A DNA stretch of 63,982 nt, the filler included, from Octopus bimaculoides (lineage: Eukaryota): assembly GCF_001194135.2 (NCBI RefSeq). It is 10 parts of 9 records of this genome, joined end to end, with 100 filler letters (N's around TTAATTAATTAA, not from the genome) between each part and the next. Parts side by side here need not be neighbours in the genome. Positions count along the whole stretch, not along the records: positions 48,352 to 59,993 come from NC_068994.1; positions 60,094 to 62,829 come from NC_068989.1; positions 62,930 to 63,982 come from NW_026312935.1; 7 more parts are not named here. The stretch is one strand, 5' to 3'. The translations under genes and the position numbers were made by a program. The notes under the pieces were generated by a model. It was not told where the DNA came from, searched no databases, and saw only the letters and a list, made by a program, of their open reading frames with translations. Within the stretch, counting starts at the first letter, position 1. Each line of letters opens with the position of its first letter. Shown here one piece after another: positions 51,366-63,419 of the stretch.

Positions 51366-52774
51366 AATTATCAGTGAAGAAGACTTACTCTTAAGGAAGT
51401 TATTTTACTAACATATTCAATCAATGTCAGTTAATAAAAAAAAATTATACTCATTTTTGTTTTACTTGCAGCTTTTCTTAGAAAAGCTTCCTTTTAATTC
51501 TCGGATCATATTGTCATCAACTAAGGACAAAATTTTATTGTAAAACTTTCTGAATTAACAGGTTGCGTTGTTGTCTCTTCACTATTATTGACTGTGTCTC
51601 AGGTAGTGCTTCATTTAACTATCACAATCTGTTTTTCATTGTCTACTTTGGAAATAGTGGCTCTCTAAGCTCAACTCCAGGATCAAGAGTCTTACTTATG
51701 GAAGCAGGAGTCATTTGCATAATTTTCCACATTGGTGTTGCCTTGAGTCCAGTATGCCCAGACCTGGCATTTGGAAGTGTTGATTCAATCATAAGTCTAA
51801 TAGTAGTCTTTACCATTGCATCCAGCACAGCCTTGTACTTTCAATAAAATTCCATCTCTAATGGTTTACACCAAAACCAAGAATTAGCAACAACTATGCA
51901 TCTAATAAGGAAACAACTCATTGCCTTTTTTATGTCAACAACTGAATCACAGACATCCATTTTCTTGTAGATTATTCAGCAAGGTTAGCATTTTACCATT
52001 TGTTTTTGTGCCCAGTGGCAGGAAATCAATACTAATAGTATTCCAAGCAGTTGAACATTTTCTTTTTAACCAACTATAGGATTACATCGAGTTTTTTCAA
52101 TGGCCATTTTTGTCATTGCTAAATTGCCAATTCCATTCCTCAGAGTAGATTTTCTGTTATTTCAAACTTTTAGCAAGCATAACACATCACAATCTTAAAT
52201 CTACTGTAACTGGTACTGGCACTCAGACAGCTCTGTCAAACCTGTCTTTTTCAAGTCATCGTCAACAAGGTACAATACCTTGCAACAGAAGTATCCAGTC
52301 ATTGATTATTCTTTATTCAGTAGCAAAATAGTCAAAATCTAATGTCCCTCATTGGCTCGCACTTGATCATTTGAAGATTTCCAGATAAAAATTTAATCAT
52401 ATGTTTGAACTTTGTGCATTATTGTGCAGCAATAATTGATTCTCTCCACTTCAGTGGAGGTATCTGATGACTGTTGATAATCAGGCACTTAACGCCAGTA
52501 CTGTTCCTGCTTAATTATTTCCATGCCTTACTGACAAGAATTTTATTCTCTTCATAGCACACAAGACTTCTCCAAAATTTATCTGGTTCAAATGTACAAT
52601 ATGTAGCTCAAATATTTTAGTGGTTCAACAATAATATCATTTGTGACTTAAACACAATACTGTGCTGCACATCACCAATAATAAGAGCAGAGAAATAGTT
52701 GTCATTGTCATCCTGTATCATATGCTGCAGCACATTAATGATACTACAACAAAATCTTCCCGATTAAGTGCAAG

Positions 52775-53180
52775 TTCCCCAGCTGCCTTGCCACTCTTGT
52801 CCAACCAGCTCATGATATTGTCCATCCATTGCATTCTTTGTCTGGCTCTTGATCTAGTACCCTCTACTCTTCCTTCCATGATGATAATGCTTTCCAGACC
52901 TCTGCTTCAATTATGGATAATAGATGAGCTTTAGTTTTTTCACAATGTTAAAGGGTTGTTATCTTTCATCTACTTGTGCAACACTTGCATTTGTTCAATG
53001 GTCTTTGTAAGAAACTAGTAACACTTTCCTATTCACTCACATTTCAAGCACATTGATTATGTTCTCTTCAAATTTGTTCAGAATTTATGCCTTGGAACCA
53101 CAAATGCTTATTGGCCAAAGAGGAACAGTAGCAGTCACATTCTGATCAAGTCCACTATCTTGGTAGTGAATTAGCAGAGT
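52775..53180 (-). mobile_element. RTE (BovB-like C-terminus) relic inside the GOLGA7 intron
   Basis: LESIIIMEG / VEGTRSRARQRMQWMDNIMSW (cf. BovB IEG.RRRGRQRMRWLDGI). Confidence 0.6.
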
Positions 53181-53753
53181 CTTTAAATGCCAGAATGCCT
53201 TACAGTATTTGTTCTGGTTGTCTGTGCTTCAAGTCAAAGCCAATTTGGTTTTTCACACTTCTGCAGTTACTCTCTGTCTGTCTGTCTGTTTCTCTCTCTC
53301 AAATGTGAGCTGATATGGTTACCAAAACATTTATCTACCATATTCACTATATTTGCCTACAATATGGCCACTAACTGATCCTGTGCTTATATAAGAACAA
53401 AAGTGGGCAATGAAGGAATTGCAACATACCCATACTGCAACCCATATAATAATCTATGCAGAATGTATGGTGTCATCCTTAACCAAGCTGAGACAAATTA
53501 TATCTGGAGCAATGAGTCTATTATCATATCCAATTCTTTGACTGACCTATTATATACCATAAGATTGTATGGCCAAGATTAACTCAAACTACACGATAAC
53601 AATGCAACATTTCAACATCATCAAGCTCATCACTGCAGCTTTCATGTAGTCTAAAAATACTTATAATACTCCCATTATAAATAAATAAATAATCTTTAAC
53701 TGCAGCTACATAATGTCTTCTATTCTAACCAACTTTAATCTTTAACATTCCAG

Positions 53754-53906
53754 ATTGAAAGATCAACATTTGCAGAAACAATAAACACCATCAATGAAAT
53801 GTACAAAGAAGCTGAAAGCTTGGGTGGTAGTACCTATTGTGAAAGCTGTTTTGCTTGCCTCACTGCATATCTTTCCTATTTGTGTGTGGACACTCACTAT
53901 GAAAAG
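53754..53906 (+). CDS. GOLGA7: Golgin A7 / GCP16, next coding exon (153 bp, phase 0-0)
   Basis: Branch-like CTAAC at about 53725, acceptor ATTCCAG|, donor AAG|GTATTA. Translation IERSTFAETINTINEMYKEAESLGGSTYCESCFACLTAYLSYLCVDTHYEK vs human [51 protein letters not shown]. In frame with the previous exon. Confidence 0.95.
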
Positions 53907-55224
53907 GTATTATTAATTGTTGTGATCAGTGTTATTTTCATTCAGACATCATTTTGTTTTGATATGCAGAAAAAAGTCTGATACACAAAGGTCACTTCTG
54001 TTTATTTATATTTTTTTTAGTTTAAAGCTCAACTGGATTTTTTGCATTAAAAGTTTCACCTATATTTTCTCTTCATATGTTTACCTGCATTTTTACGCAT
54101 GTATTCATCTACAGATCTTTTATATGCTCTTTTTTATATTTTTATTGCTGTTAGTATCAGTTCAGTCTCGTTGAACAATCTTATATTGAAATACATTCCA
54201 GTTGTGATTAATCAATCCTATTTTCAGGTTGGTGCATTTAAGATTCCAATATGCAATGTCTTCTTTCTTTATTAAGACAGTAATGAGTGATTTGAGGGAG
54301 ATTTAGCTGCTATTTTTCTAACATGTCAAGTAATTCAACAGAGAATTTCCTCATTGGCTGTTTATTGTGGTTTGCTCTGGTGAAGCAAATTCATGATACA
54401 GTGATGACCACTCTTCTAATTAAGGAATGACTCTTGAAGCAGTTTGGTTAAACTCTATGGTACTCACAAAATTTGTTTCACCAAAAAATGGATTTATTAA
54501 TCAGTTATGACACAATTTGGCTTTGAAATCTAGACTTACTACATACTGATTGTTAAGAATAGTACCTCAAGAAGAGAGAGCTAAAACCAGTACAAGAATA
54601 CTCTCAAAATTGCTTTGAAACATAAAAGACCCCTGTTTATTGCTCAAATCATAAAGTGCTGATTTAATTCCAATTGCATATTCTTCTTGCACAGTTCTGT
54701 TGGGCTATGACTGTTTGTCAGAGTTTGATACCTTTCAGGATTTTAATCAACTTTGGTTCAACTAAAAGGGTGTTTAGTTGTTAAAATAATAATAATAAAT
54801 CTATCATAAAGAGGTGGCTGTATTAGACAGAATTAACGTTAAGAATTCGGTCAACAGAATGTTTAAAAATCACATGGTAGTTATAAATAATTTTTATTAT
54901 TACTTAAACTTATTTCTCAATTTCTCATCTACATCATTTGAAGTATGCTTTGTTTTTACATTTTTATCATTTATGTTAATTATATTCAATTTCAAATGAA
55001 TTGCTTTCAACACTTGCATTGTAAAGTTACAGACCAGACCCTATACATAATAGAACTATGTCCAAAGATTTCTTTCATCATGTTAGATAATAATGAATAA
55101 GTATCAGTTTTATACTGGTCTAAAATAACTGAAATTGAATAAAGATAAAAGCCGTGGGTTGTCCCCCTACTGTAACTGATCTTTTATTATTATGTGCTAG
55201 ACTATGTTTTCCAGCATATAGTTT

Positions 55225-55430
55225 GTGTTGCCCTCAACATTCTTTCTCCTATATATCAATGGCCTACATGTCATCAACAATTCCCACTCTTGTGCTGATT
55301 ATGCCACCTCTCATTCATCCTTAACTTTTCTCCACCTAAACGTTATCCACATTGTAACACAATATATCTCATGTCAACCCTTTTAATGAGGTTATGCAAA
55401 TCTTGTTTCCTTCAACATCAAAAAATACAA
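55225..55430 (+). mobile_element. CR1/Jockey-group LINE RT relic
   Basis: VLPSTFFLLYINGL...NSHSCADYATSHSS (cf. VLSPTLFLLYINDL...HSYADD), then ANLVSFNIKK. Confidence 0.5.
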
Positions 55431-55631
55431 GTAATGTAGTTATCAAGGACATATCATTACATCTTGCCTCGAACCTGTGAAGCTTGCAATTGCTCCAAAT
55501 ATCATTGATGACCTCTCGTGGTGAATGTACATCCTTAATTCTTAAAGTCCTCTGTTGCAAGTAATTGTAATTATTATTGAGTCCTAAAAATTGTTGTTTG
55601 GGGCCCAAAACAGGGACTAAGCACTCTTCCG

Positions 55632-56520
55632 TCATCATCATTTAATGTCCATTGTCCATACTGACATGGGTTGGATGTTTTGACCAGGGCTGGTAAACTG
55701 AGGGGCTACACCAGACTTCAGTCTGATTTGGCATGGTTTCTACAGCTTGATGCCCTTTCTAATGCCAACCACTCCAAGAGTGTAATGGGTGCTTTTACAT
55801 GCCACTGGCACGGATGCTAGTTGTATGACACCAGTATCTGCGACAACTATGATTTCTCTTGGCTTGATAGGTCTTCTCAAGCATAGCATGTTGCCAAAGG
55901 TACTTTTTACATACAACCAGCATGGGTGCTAGTTATCTGTCACCGACATCGACCACATTGCCTCTGTAAGGCCCAACACTTGAAAGGTGCTTTTTACATG
56001 ACACCAGCATGGATGCAAGTTACGTGACACTGGTATTGGCCATGACTATGATTTCACTTGGTTTGACAGGTCTTAAGCACAGCATATTGCCAAAAGTCTT
56101 GGTCACTAGTCATTGCCTCCATGTCTTCCTAGGTCTATCTCTTCCACAGGTTCCCTCCACAGTTACAGATCAGCACTTCTTTAAACAGCTGTCCTCTTCC
56201 ACATGCATCACATGACCATATCATCGCAGTTGTCTCTCTTGCACATAACATCTGATGCCTCTTGTGCCCAATTCTTTTCTCTCAAGATGCTTACAGTCTG
56301 TCATACATGCACACTGACATTGCACATCCAGTGAAGCATGCTGACTTCATTTCTTTCAAGCCTACACTTGTCCTCAGTGGTCACAGCCCATGCTTTACTG
56401 TTGTGCAGCATAGCTGTTTGCACACAGGCATCATACAGTCTGCTTTCCATTCTGAGGAGGGAGAGATCCTTTGTTGCTAACAAAGGTAGGAGCTCTCTGA
56501 ACTTTGCCCAGCCTATTCTT
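55632..56520 (-). mobile_element. 5'-truncated RTE LINE (ORF C-terminus, 3' UTR, (ATG)n tail)
   Basis: RIGWAKFRELLPLLATKDLSL...RLYDACVQTAMLHNSKAWAVTTED...MLHWMCNVSVH, continuing to the RRLR*YGHV region. The 3' UTR matches 48352-48572. Confidence 0.9.
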
Positions 56521-57187
56521 ATATAAAGTTTAGCCTTACTTAAGAAAACACTTCTTGTCAATCAACATCCTGTTTTCATTATATACATTTATTTTTTTTC
56601 CATTTTATCAAATAAAATTCTTCAGACATTTAACTTTTGATTTTTGAGTATCATAGTAGTTTATAACTCTAGTAGTGAGTTAGAATTCAGTGATATTATT
56701 TATTAATAATTTATTTGTTTATTTAATGTTTTAATTAAAGAAAGAAAGCTTGGATTTGAAGAATATAATCAGTAATTTTTCATACATTTGGAGAATATAA
56801 TCAGTAATATTTCATGCATGGCTATGTGGTTAAAAAATTCACAGTGATGTTGGTAGGGGTTTAGTCCAACTGCATGGACCAAACTGTCAGCTAGTGTTGT
56901 TTACTGTATGTATGAGTTGACCAATACTCTATGAGGTTAATCCTTTTGATACCAACTTACCTGAGACTGCCCCTGGCTATATGGTATAGATTCCTTGTTT
57001 TTAAGAAATGTAAACTAAAACTTACCTTAAAATTTCATGTTATTTTATGTTTCATACTCTGGATTGATAATGTCAAAGTTATTTCACTAAATTCTTTGTT
57101 ATTTCAAAAATTAGTTGAAACAAGGTTAGTATATTTCAGCAGAAATATGATAACAAAAGGATTGATAGAATTTGATTAAAGAAGCTC

Positions 57188-57239
<52 letters not shown>

Positions 57240-57898
57240 ATGAGTTTCTATTTTCCTTCGTCTTCCCATTTGTGTTTGTTGATTGTAAACAAAAACCTCG
57301 CTGTTCATACAAATGTTGTTGTTTGTTTCCAGTCTTCCTTGTAACCATATTTAGGCTGTTCATTGTTCAATAGACTGAGGAGGATAGGTAAGGGTTGGCC
57401 AGCCATAAAAAACTGTGCCTTAACATAGTTTCATCTGACTCATTCAAACATGGGAAAGTAGGCGTTAAAATGATGATTATGGTTTTACTATCATCTGTAC
57501 ATACTAGTAATGTAAGTCATATTAGAATATATTGATTCTTGCCAGGAGTGAAGTTATCAAATTGTTGAATATTGCATCAGTGTTTTCATGAATGATGTAG
57601 ACCCCACAAAACCTTTGAATGTAGAAGTAAAGATCATTGAGAAGTTTCTTCAACTTTTTCCTGAGATATGTGCAACATATGAAGGAAATAAAGGCATGTA
57701 TTTTTCTGATTATAGTTCTGCAGCTTGTAAGTTAAAAAGAACTCAAATTCAGCACAAGAAAATGCTCTCAAATAATCAACTTACTTATATTCAACCTACC
57801 TGGGCAGGTTGAAAGAGACAACTGGTAAAAACCTCATTCACAATGTAGATCAATGATCATTATACCTTATCAACAAACTTCATCCAAATTCATGCACT

Positions 57899-58345
57899 CA
57901 TCATCATCATCATCATTTAACGTCCACTTTCCATGCTAGCATGGGTTGGACGATTTGACTGGGGACTGGCAAACCAGATGTCTACACCAGACTCCAATCT
58001 GATCTGGCAGAGTTTCTATAACTGGATGCCCTTCCTAATGCCAACCACTCTGAGAGTGTAGTGGGTGCCTTTTACGTGCCACCGGCATGAGGGCCAGTCT
58101 GGCGGTACTGGCAACGGCCATGCTCAAATGGTGTTTTTTACGTGTCACCCGCACAGGAGTCAGTCCAATGTTTTGTTTACATGCCACCGGCACAAGTGCC
58201 AGTAAGGCGAAGTTGGAAATGATCGTGCTCAAATGGTGCATTTTACGTGCCACCAGCACGGAAGCAAGACCGTTTCTCTGGCAGTGATCCCACTCGGATG
58301 GTGTTGTTAGCGCTCCAATGGCACGGGTGCCAGTCATCGAATTTG
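57899..58345 (-). mobile_element. RTE LINE 3' UTR with (ATG)n tail and internal ACGTGCCACCGGCA-type repeats
   Basis: (CAT)n-TTAACGTCCACTTTCCATGCTAGCATGGGTTGG...GGATGCCCTTCCTAATGCCAACCACTC, homologous to 48352-48572. Confidence 0.85.
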
Positions 58346-59723
58346 GTAATTATATTTTTGAGAATTAATATAAGTTAGGACTGCATCTCAAAGATTAGTC
58401 CTCTTCTGAACCAGAAAATATTTCAGCCTATGGTAATTACTGACACTACAAGGAAGCTTAGGGGGGATCCACAATGAGGGTTCTAGTCTGCTTCCAGTGA
58501 GAGATGCCACTTGATTAACTGGCATAATATCACTCACAGACGTCAGTTCCTGTCCTACAGAAGTGCTGTCTCTTCTCTGTCTTTTCTACCACCACTACAA
58601 TGGATGCTATTCTTCACTGCTTGATTGTTTTATGATACCTCTATGCAAGCTCATCCTCTTTTCTTTTAATCACTGATGTATCTGATGCCCTCTTCCTACA
58701 CCCCATACTATCAACTATATCTAGCATTTTGTCTTAGCACCTCCTTACTCATGACTTTTCTAGTTATCAACTTGCAGTAGTTTCAGTAGAATTAATTTCA
58801 TCATCTTGACCTAGCAAAAAAAGAAAGAAGAGGTTAACCTTTCCTTAATGGCTTATTTGACATCATTCATATACAGTAAACTTCAGAGCATGACTCTATC
58901 TTCACCAAAATCACAAGTCTCTCTCAAAAATCTCTCCCTATTTTTGAAAACATACTACCTATGTGTCTCATGTTTTTAGTGGTCAACACATTTAAAGCTG
59001 TTCATATATATATTATTTGAATACACAACATAGCATTCATCTCTTAGACACTCAGTCTTTGTCCTAAGGGAGAGAATATTAACAAATTGCTGGTCATCTC
59101 GAATTTTAAGTCAATATAGGTATGCTGACATACTGAAGTTTTTCAAAACTTCAAAATTCAATAATTACTGGCTTAATAGGTCTCTCAACATCTCAGAGAG
59201 GAGCACTTGCCTTTGTTAGACAGTCTGAAATCTGTTCACAACCTCGAAAAAACAACAGAAAAATGAATTTGTATCTTAATATGGAAAGGATTTAAAAATT
59301 GTTTTTCTTTGTTATTTTTAGGAAGATATTAGACTAGTCGCTGTCTTTCCAAGGAAACAAAACCACTAGGTTAATTTTTTACCTTTTCCTCCAAAGTGAT
59401 TACAGTGGAAATGAATTGTAAATTAGAACATAAACAAAGGGGAAAACAAAAGATAATTTCAGGTTACTCACATACTTGAAGGAAAGTTAGAAATTTGAGC
59501 AATTTTAGGAATATTGTGTGTGTGTGTTTGATTTCTAAATTTTTTTTCCAATTTACTTTGTTTTTATTTTTATTTACCTGTAAGATGTGTGATGAAGTTT
59601 GATTAATTCTAATTGTGAATCATTGGACATGTGCACGTACACACAAGCATTCACTACAATATAACTCATGTTCGTCAATGTTTTGTAAATATACAAACTA
59701 CAGAGCTTTTGTAGACAGGACAA

Positions 59724-59925
59724 CACATTGCAAAATGTGGATAATTTTTCAGATTAACACCCGCACGATTTTCACTAGGGTGTTAGGGTTAGGGTTTTGG
59801 GGTCAGGGATAGGGTTTTAGTGTTACGGTTACGGTTTTAGGGTCACGGTCAGGGTTTTAGGCTTAGGGTTAGGTTTAGGGTTAGGTAATTGTGCGGGTGT
59901 TAATCTGAAAAATTACCGAAATGTG
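59724..59925. mobile_element. Inverted-repeat element enclosing degenerate (TTAGGG)n
   Basis: 29-bp arms 59742-59770 and 59887-59915 match at 28/29. The core (about 59775-59886) holds TTAGGG-like units. Possible outer termini CACATT...AATGTG, flanked by AA on both sides. Confidence 0.75.
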
Positions 59926-59993
59926 AAAACTACCAACCCTGCTATCTGTTATAACTTTTGTTGTTCTGTTTAATATGTACATAGATTATGCTT

Positions 59994-60093
59994 NNNNNNN
60001 NNNNNNNNNNNNNNNNNNNNNNNNNNNNNNNNNNNNNTTAATTAATTAANNNNNNNNNNNNNNNNNNNNNNNNNNNNNNNNNNNNNNNNNNNN
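59994..60093. other. Artificial scaffold-joining linker
   Basis: N44-TTAATTAATTAA(60038-60049)-N44. Confidence 0.97.
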
Positions 60094-60201
60094 ATATATA
60101 TATATGTATGTATGTATGTATAGGGAGAGAGAAAGATAAAGAAAGAGAGAGGGAAAGAGGAGAGATAAAATAATGAAGAATGGAAAGTTAAATATCATTA
60201 A

Positions 60202-60581
60202 AATTTATTTAATTAAGAAGCATTTTCTCCATATTATATTCCGACGCGTTTTTCTGCTGAATAAGTGTCTTAGAGTCATTTTACATAATAGCTGTGTGCA
60301 TTTAATCGATTTATATTAAATCGATTATAGTATGCGTCCTAATCCAAAGCTTGGCAATCCTATACAACTTTATTCAAGGTGACTGAAGATCCACCCCCAC
60401 CCCACGTATGGGAAACAACTGTAATAAAGCCGTATAGGATTGCTAACCTTTATATTAGAACGTTTTATATGAATAGATTAAATGCAGACAAACTATTATA
60501 TCAAACGACTCTAAGATACTTATTCAGCAGAAACACGTGTCGGAATATAATATGAAGAAAATGTTTTTTATTAAACAAATT
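60202..60581. mobile_element. AT-rich hairpin/foldback element with imperfect arms of about 180-190 bp
   Basis: CATATTATATTCCGACGCGTTTTTCTGCTGAATAAGTGTCTTAGAGTC pairs with GACTCTAAGATACTTATTCAGCAGAAACACGTGTCGGAATATAATATG. GCAATCCTATAC / GTATAGGATTGC pair further inside. Confidence 0.8.
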
Positions 60582-60589
60582 CTTTTCTA

Positions 60590-60990
60590 CTCTAGCCACA
60601 AGGCCCGAAATTTTGGGAGATGTGGGGCCAGTCGATAAGATCAACTGGTACTTAATTTATCGACCCCGAAAGGATGAAAGGCAAAGTGAACCTCGGTGCA
60701 ATTTGAACTCAGAACGTAGCGGCAGACGAAGTATTGCTGAGCATTTCACTTGGCGTGCTAACGTTTCTTATTTCTTTACAGCTACACACAGAGGAGACAA
60801 ACAAGGACAGACAAACGGATTAAGTCGATTATGTCGACCGCAGTGCGTAACTGGTACTTATTTAATCGACCCCCGAAAGGATGAAAGGCAAAGTCGACCT
60901 CGGCGGAATTTGAACTCAGAACGTAGCGACGGGCAAAATACCGCTAAGCATTTCGTCCAGCGCGCTAACGACTCTGCCAGCTCACCGCCT
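60590..60990 (-). mobile_element. Two adjacent (tandem or nested) SINE family B copies
   Basis: ACTGGTACTT...ATCGACCCCGAAAGGATGAAAGGCAAAGT...GAACTCAGAACGTAGC occurs twice (about 60645-60725 and 60850-60930). Confidence 0.85.
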
Positions 60991-61530
60991 TACACTGCCA
61001 AAAATAATGCCTCTTATTATACAGCAAAGAGAAATAAGTTAGAAAGTGTCATTTTGATAAAAATATAGAATGAATATTTGATTCACCATGAAATTCCTCC
61101 AGCTTTACTCAAATATGTTCTTATCCCGATTGAGATCATTATCGTTAAGTTTCATTAAGCCAAGATTAATTTGTATTGATGACCAAGTATTCATTACTAT
61201 CATGCATAATACATTAGCATAATTAATGTAGTTTGTATTATTGGAAAATAATTGATTCCCTGACATTGTTAGAAGACATGAAATATAATGGAGGGGAAAA
61301 GTAGTTGATAATATCGATCTCCGCAAAATGACTGGTATCTTTTCTCGTTAGACTGTGGCTGGGGTACAGCCTTGAACAAATGCTAGGTGTGCCGCAGTGT
61401 AACCTGAGTATGGTTTTTTTCCCCTCTACTTTTAGTTATATTTTAGTCCAGCTGTTCCGCCGAATTTTTGTTTTTTTAAGAACATAAGTGTACTGCAAGT
61501 GAGAAAAGTTTGCGGAGCACTGATCCAATA

Positions 61531-61777
61531 CAGTAATCCCTCGCCATATCGCGGTTCAACTATCACGGTTCATTTATCGTGGTTTATTATTTAAGCTTAC
61601 GTCGATTCCTTCGTGATGTTCTCTTGCATTTATAATATAATATAATAAATGCAAATTATGAAAATAATAATAAAATATATATACAATACAGTACAGTACT
61701 GTTTCTACTTCGCGGATTTTCACCTATCACGGGGGATTTTGGAACGTAACACCCGCGATAGTCAAGGGATTACTCTG
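61531..61777 (+). mobile_element. Tigger/pogo-like MITE, copy 1
   Basis: TA|CAGTAATCCCTCG...AGGGATTACTCTG|TA, with subterminal ATCGCGG motifs and TA flanks. Confidence 0.8.
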
Positions 61778-61792
61778 TATATATATATATTA

Positions 61793-62016
61793 CAGTAATC
61801 CCTCGCTATATCGCGGTTCACCTATCGCGGTTTATTATTTCAGCTTACGTCGATTCCTCCGTGGTGTTATTTTGCATTTGTAATAAAATAGATATATACA
61901 AATTATAAAAATAATAAAAACAAAATATACAGTACAGTATTGTTACTACTTCACGGATTTTCACCTATCGCGGAGGTTTTTGGAACGTAACAGCCGCGAT
62001 AGTCTAGGGATTGCTG
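61793..62016 (+). mobile_element. Tigger/pogo-like MITE, copy 2
   Basis: TA|CAGTAATCCCTCG...AGGGATTGCTG|TA. Colinear with copy 1 and separated from it only by (TA)n. Confidence 0.8.
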
Positions 62017-62376
62017 TAAATACATTTTTAATTTCTCATTCAAATACGGTAGGGTGCTGTTTATAGCAGATCGACCAAGAGCTCCTTGTACTGTCACAGA
62101 GAAAACATGGACAGCACCAAGTCAGCTTGTGTCATACATCTCTGTGCCGCAATCACCCACGGATGGATACCTCTGCTGGTTTCTGCAGTTGACAGTAATC
62201 AATCATCAAACTACAAAAGACAATATTATTTTCTATTTCAAATACAAAAACAACGAACATTATTATTGATTGAATCGATAGCTGATAATATTTGAATATT
62301 TTTTGACAAAAGTTAATTATTTCAATTTGATAAAACTGTTTAATTACCCAATGCGTATGCGCATGCTTATGTGCAT

Positions 62377-62407
<31 letters not shown>

Positions 62408-62829
62408 CGCGTATATAGATGTATATGGGAAACAGAGGGGAAAGAGAAAGGGAGATAAAACAGAGCTATGTCAGTGTGTGTGTGTTTGGTTGTGTGAATA
62501 TGTACGCGTTCGACTATTGCATATTGTATGACGCATGTGCATCTGTGTGATTGTGTATGCGTATATACGTGTGTGTGTGTATGTATGTGTATTCTGTAGG
62601 AATGCACGTGTATGTGAATTGATGTAGCGGTGGATTGAGTAGAGATGGGGGTGGGGTATGTGTGTGTTAATGTGTGTTCTATCATTTATTTTCATCTCTC
62701 AGGATTTTTGTGCATCTGTATATGTGTGTGTTTAGCTTTATTATCCAATATGTATGTATGTATGTACGTTTGTACGTAGGTATATATGCATGAATCCATG
62801 TATGCATGTATGTGTTCATGTACGCATGT

Positions 62830-62929
62830 NNNNNNNNNNNNNNNNNNNNNNNNNNNNNNNNNNNNNNNNNNNNTTAATTAATTAANNNNNNNNNNNNNNN
62901 NNNNNNNNNNNNNNNNNNNNNNNNNNNNN
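62830..62929. other. Artificial scaffold-joining linker
   Basis: N44-TTAATTAATTAA(62874-62885)-N44. Confidence 0.97.
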
Positions 62930-62974
62930 AACCCATGAACTTATGATCAAAGGCTGAACACCCTAACATACTGG

Positions 62975-63297
62975 TACTCTGCCTGTTACGACGACGAGGG
63001 TTCCAGTTGATCCAAGCTACAGAAAAGCTTGCTCGTGAAATTAACGTGCAAGTGGCTGAGGATCCTACGGACACGCATACCCTTAATGTAGTTCTCAGGG
63101 AGATTCATCGTGATACAAAATGTGGAAAAACTGGCCCCTTTGAAGAATTACCGTTACACCTCAGTTTCGCCAGCTGAGTGGAGTGGAGCAACGTGGAATA
63201 AAGTGTCTTGCTCAAGGAAACAATGCGCCAGCCGTCGGGTATCGAATTCACGACCGTGAGCCGAACACCCTAACCACTAAGCCACGCGCCTTCACCC
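62975..63297 (-). mobile_element. tRNA-derived SINE family C (V-SINE-like)
   Basis: The minus strand begins GAAGGCGCGTGGCTTAGTGGTTAGGGTG (A box) and contains CCTTGAGCAAGACACTTTATTCCACGTTGCTCC, resembling the V-domain from memory. Confidence 0.75.
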
Positions 63298-63419
63298 TTA
63301 GCCTACAAGGACACTCACTTTCACTCGGATACATTATAGAATGTTGCTCGTCATACGACGGGTATCTTTGGAAGTTTACTTTCGCCACCCTGGTTATCAA
63401 AAAATATGGCATACAATAA

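Noticed and set aside
51560-52100. Possible hAT/ZMYM-type transposase relic on the minus strand
   Set aside because: I could not recover a consistent motif chain by manual translation.
53760-53900. Initially read as an RTE fragment (GGS..CES resembling GGGCSES)
   Set aside because: It is fully explained by the GOLGA7 exon, which has proper splice sites and full-length similarity.
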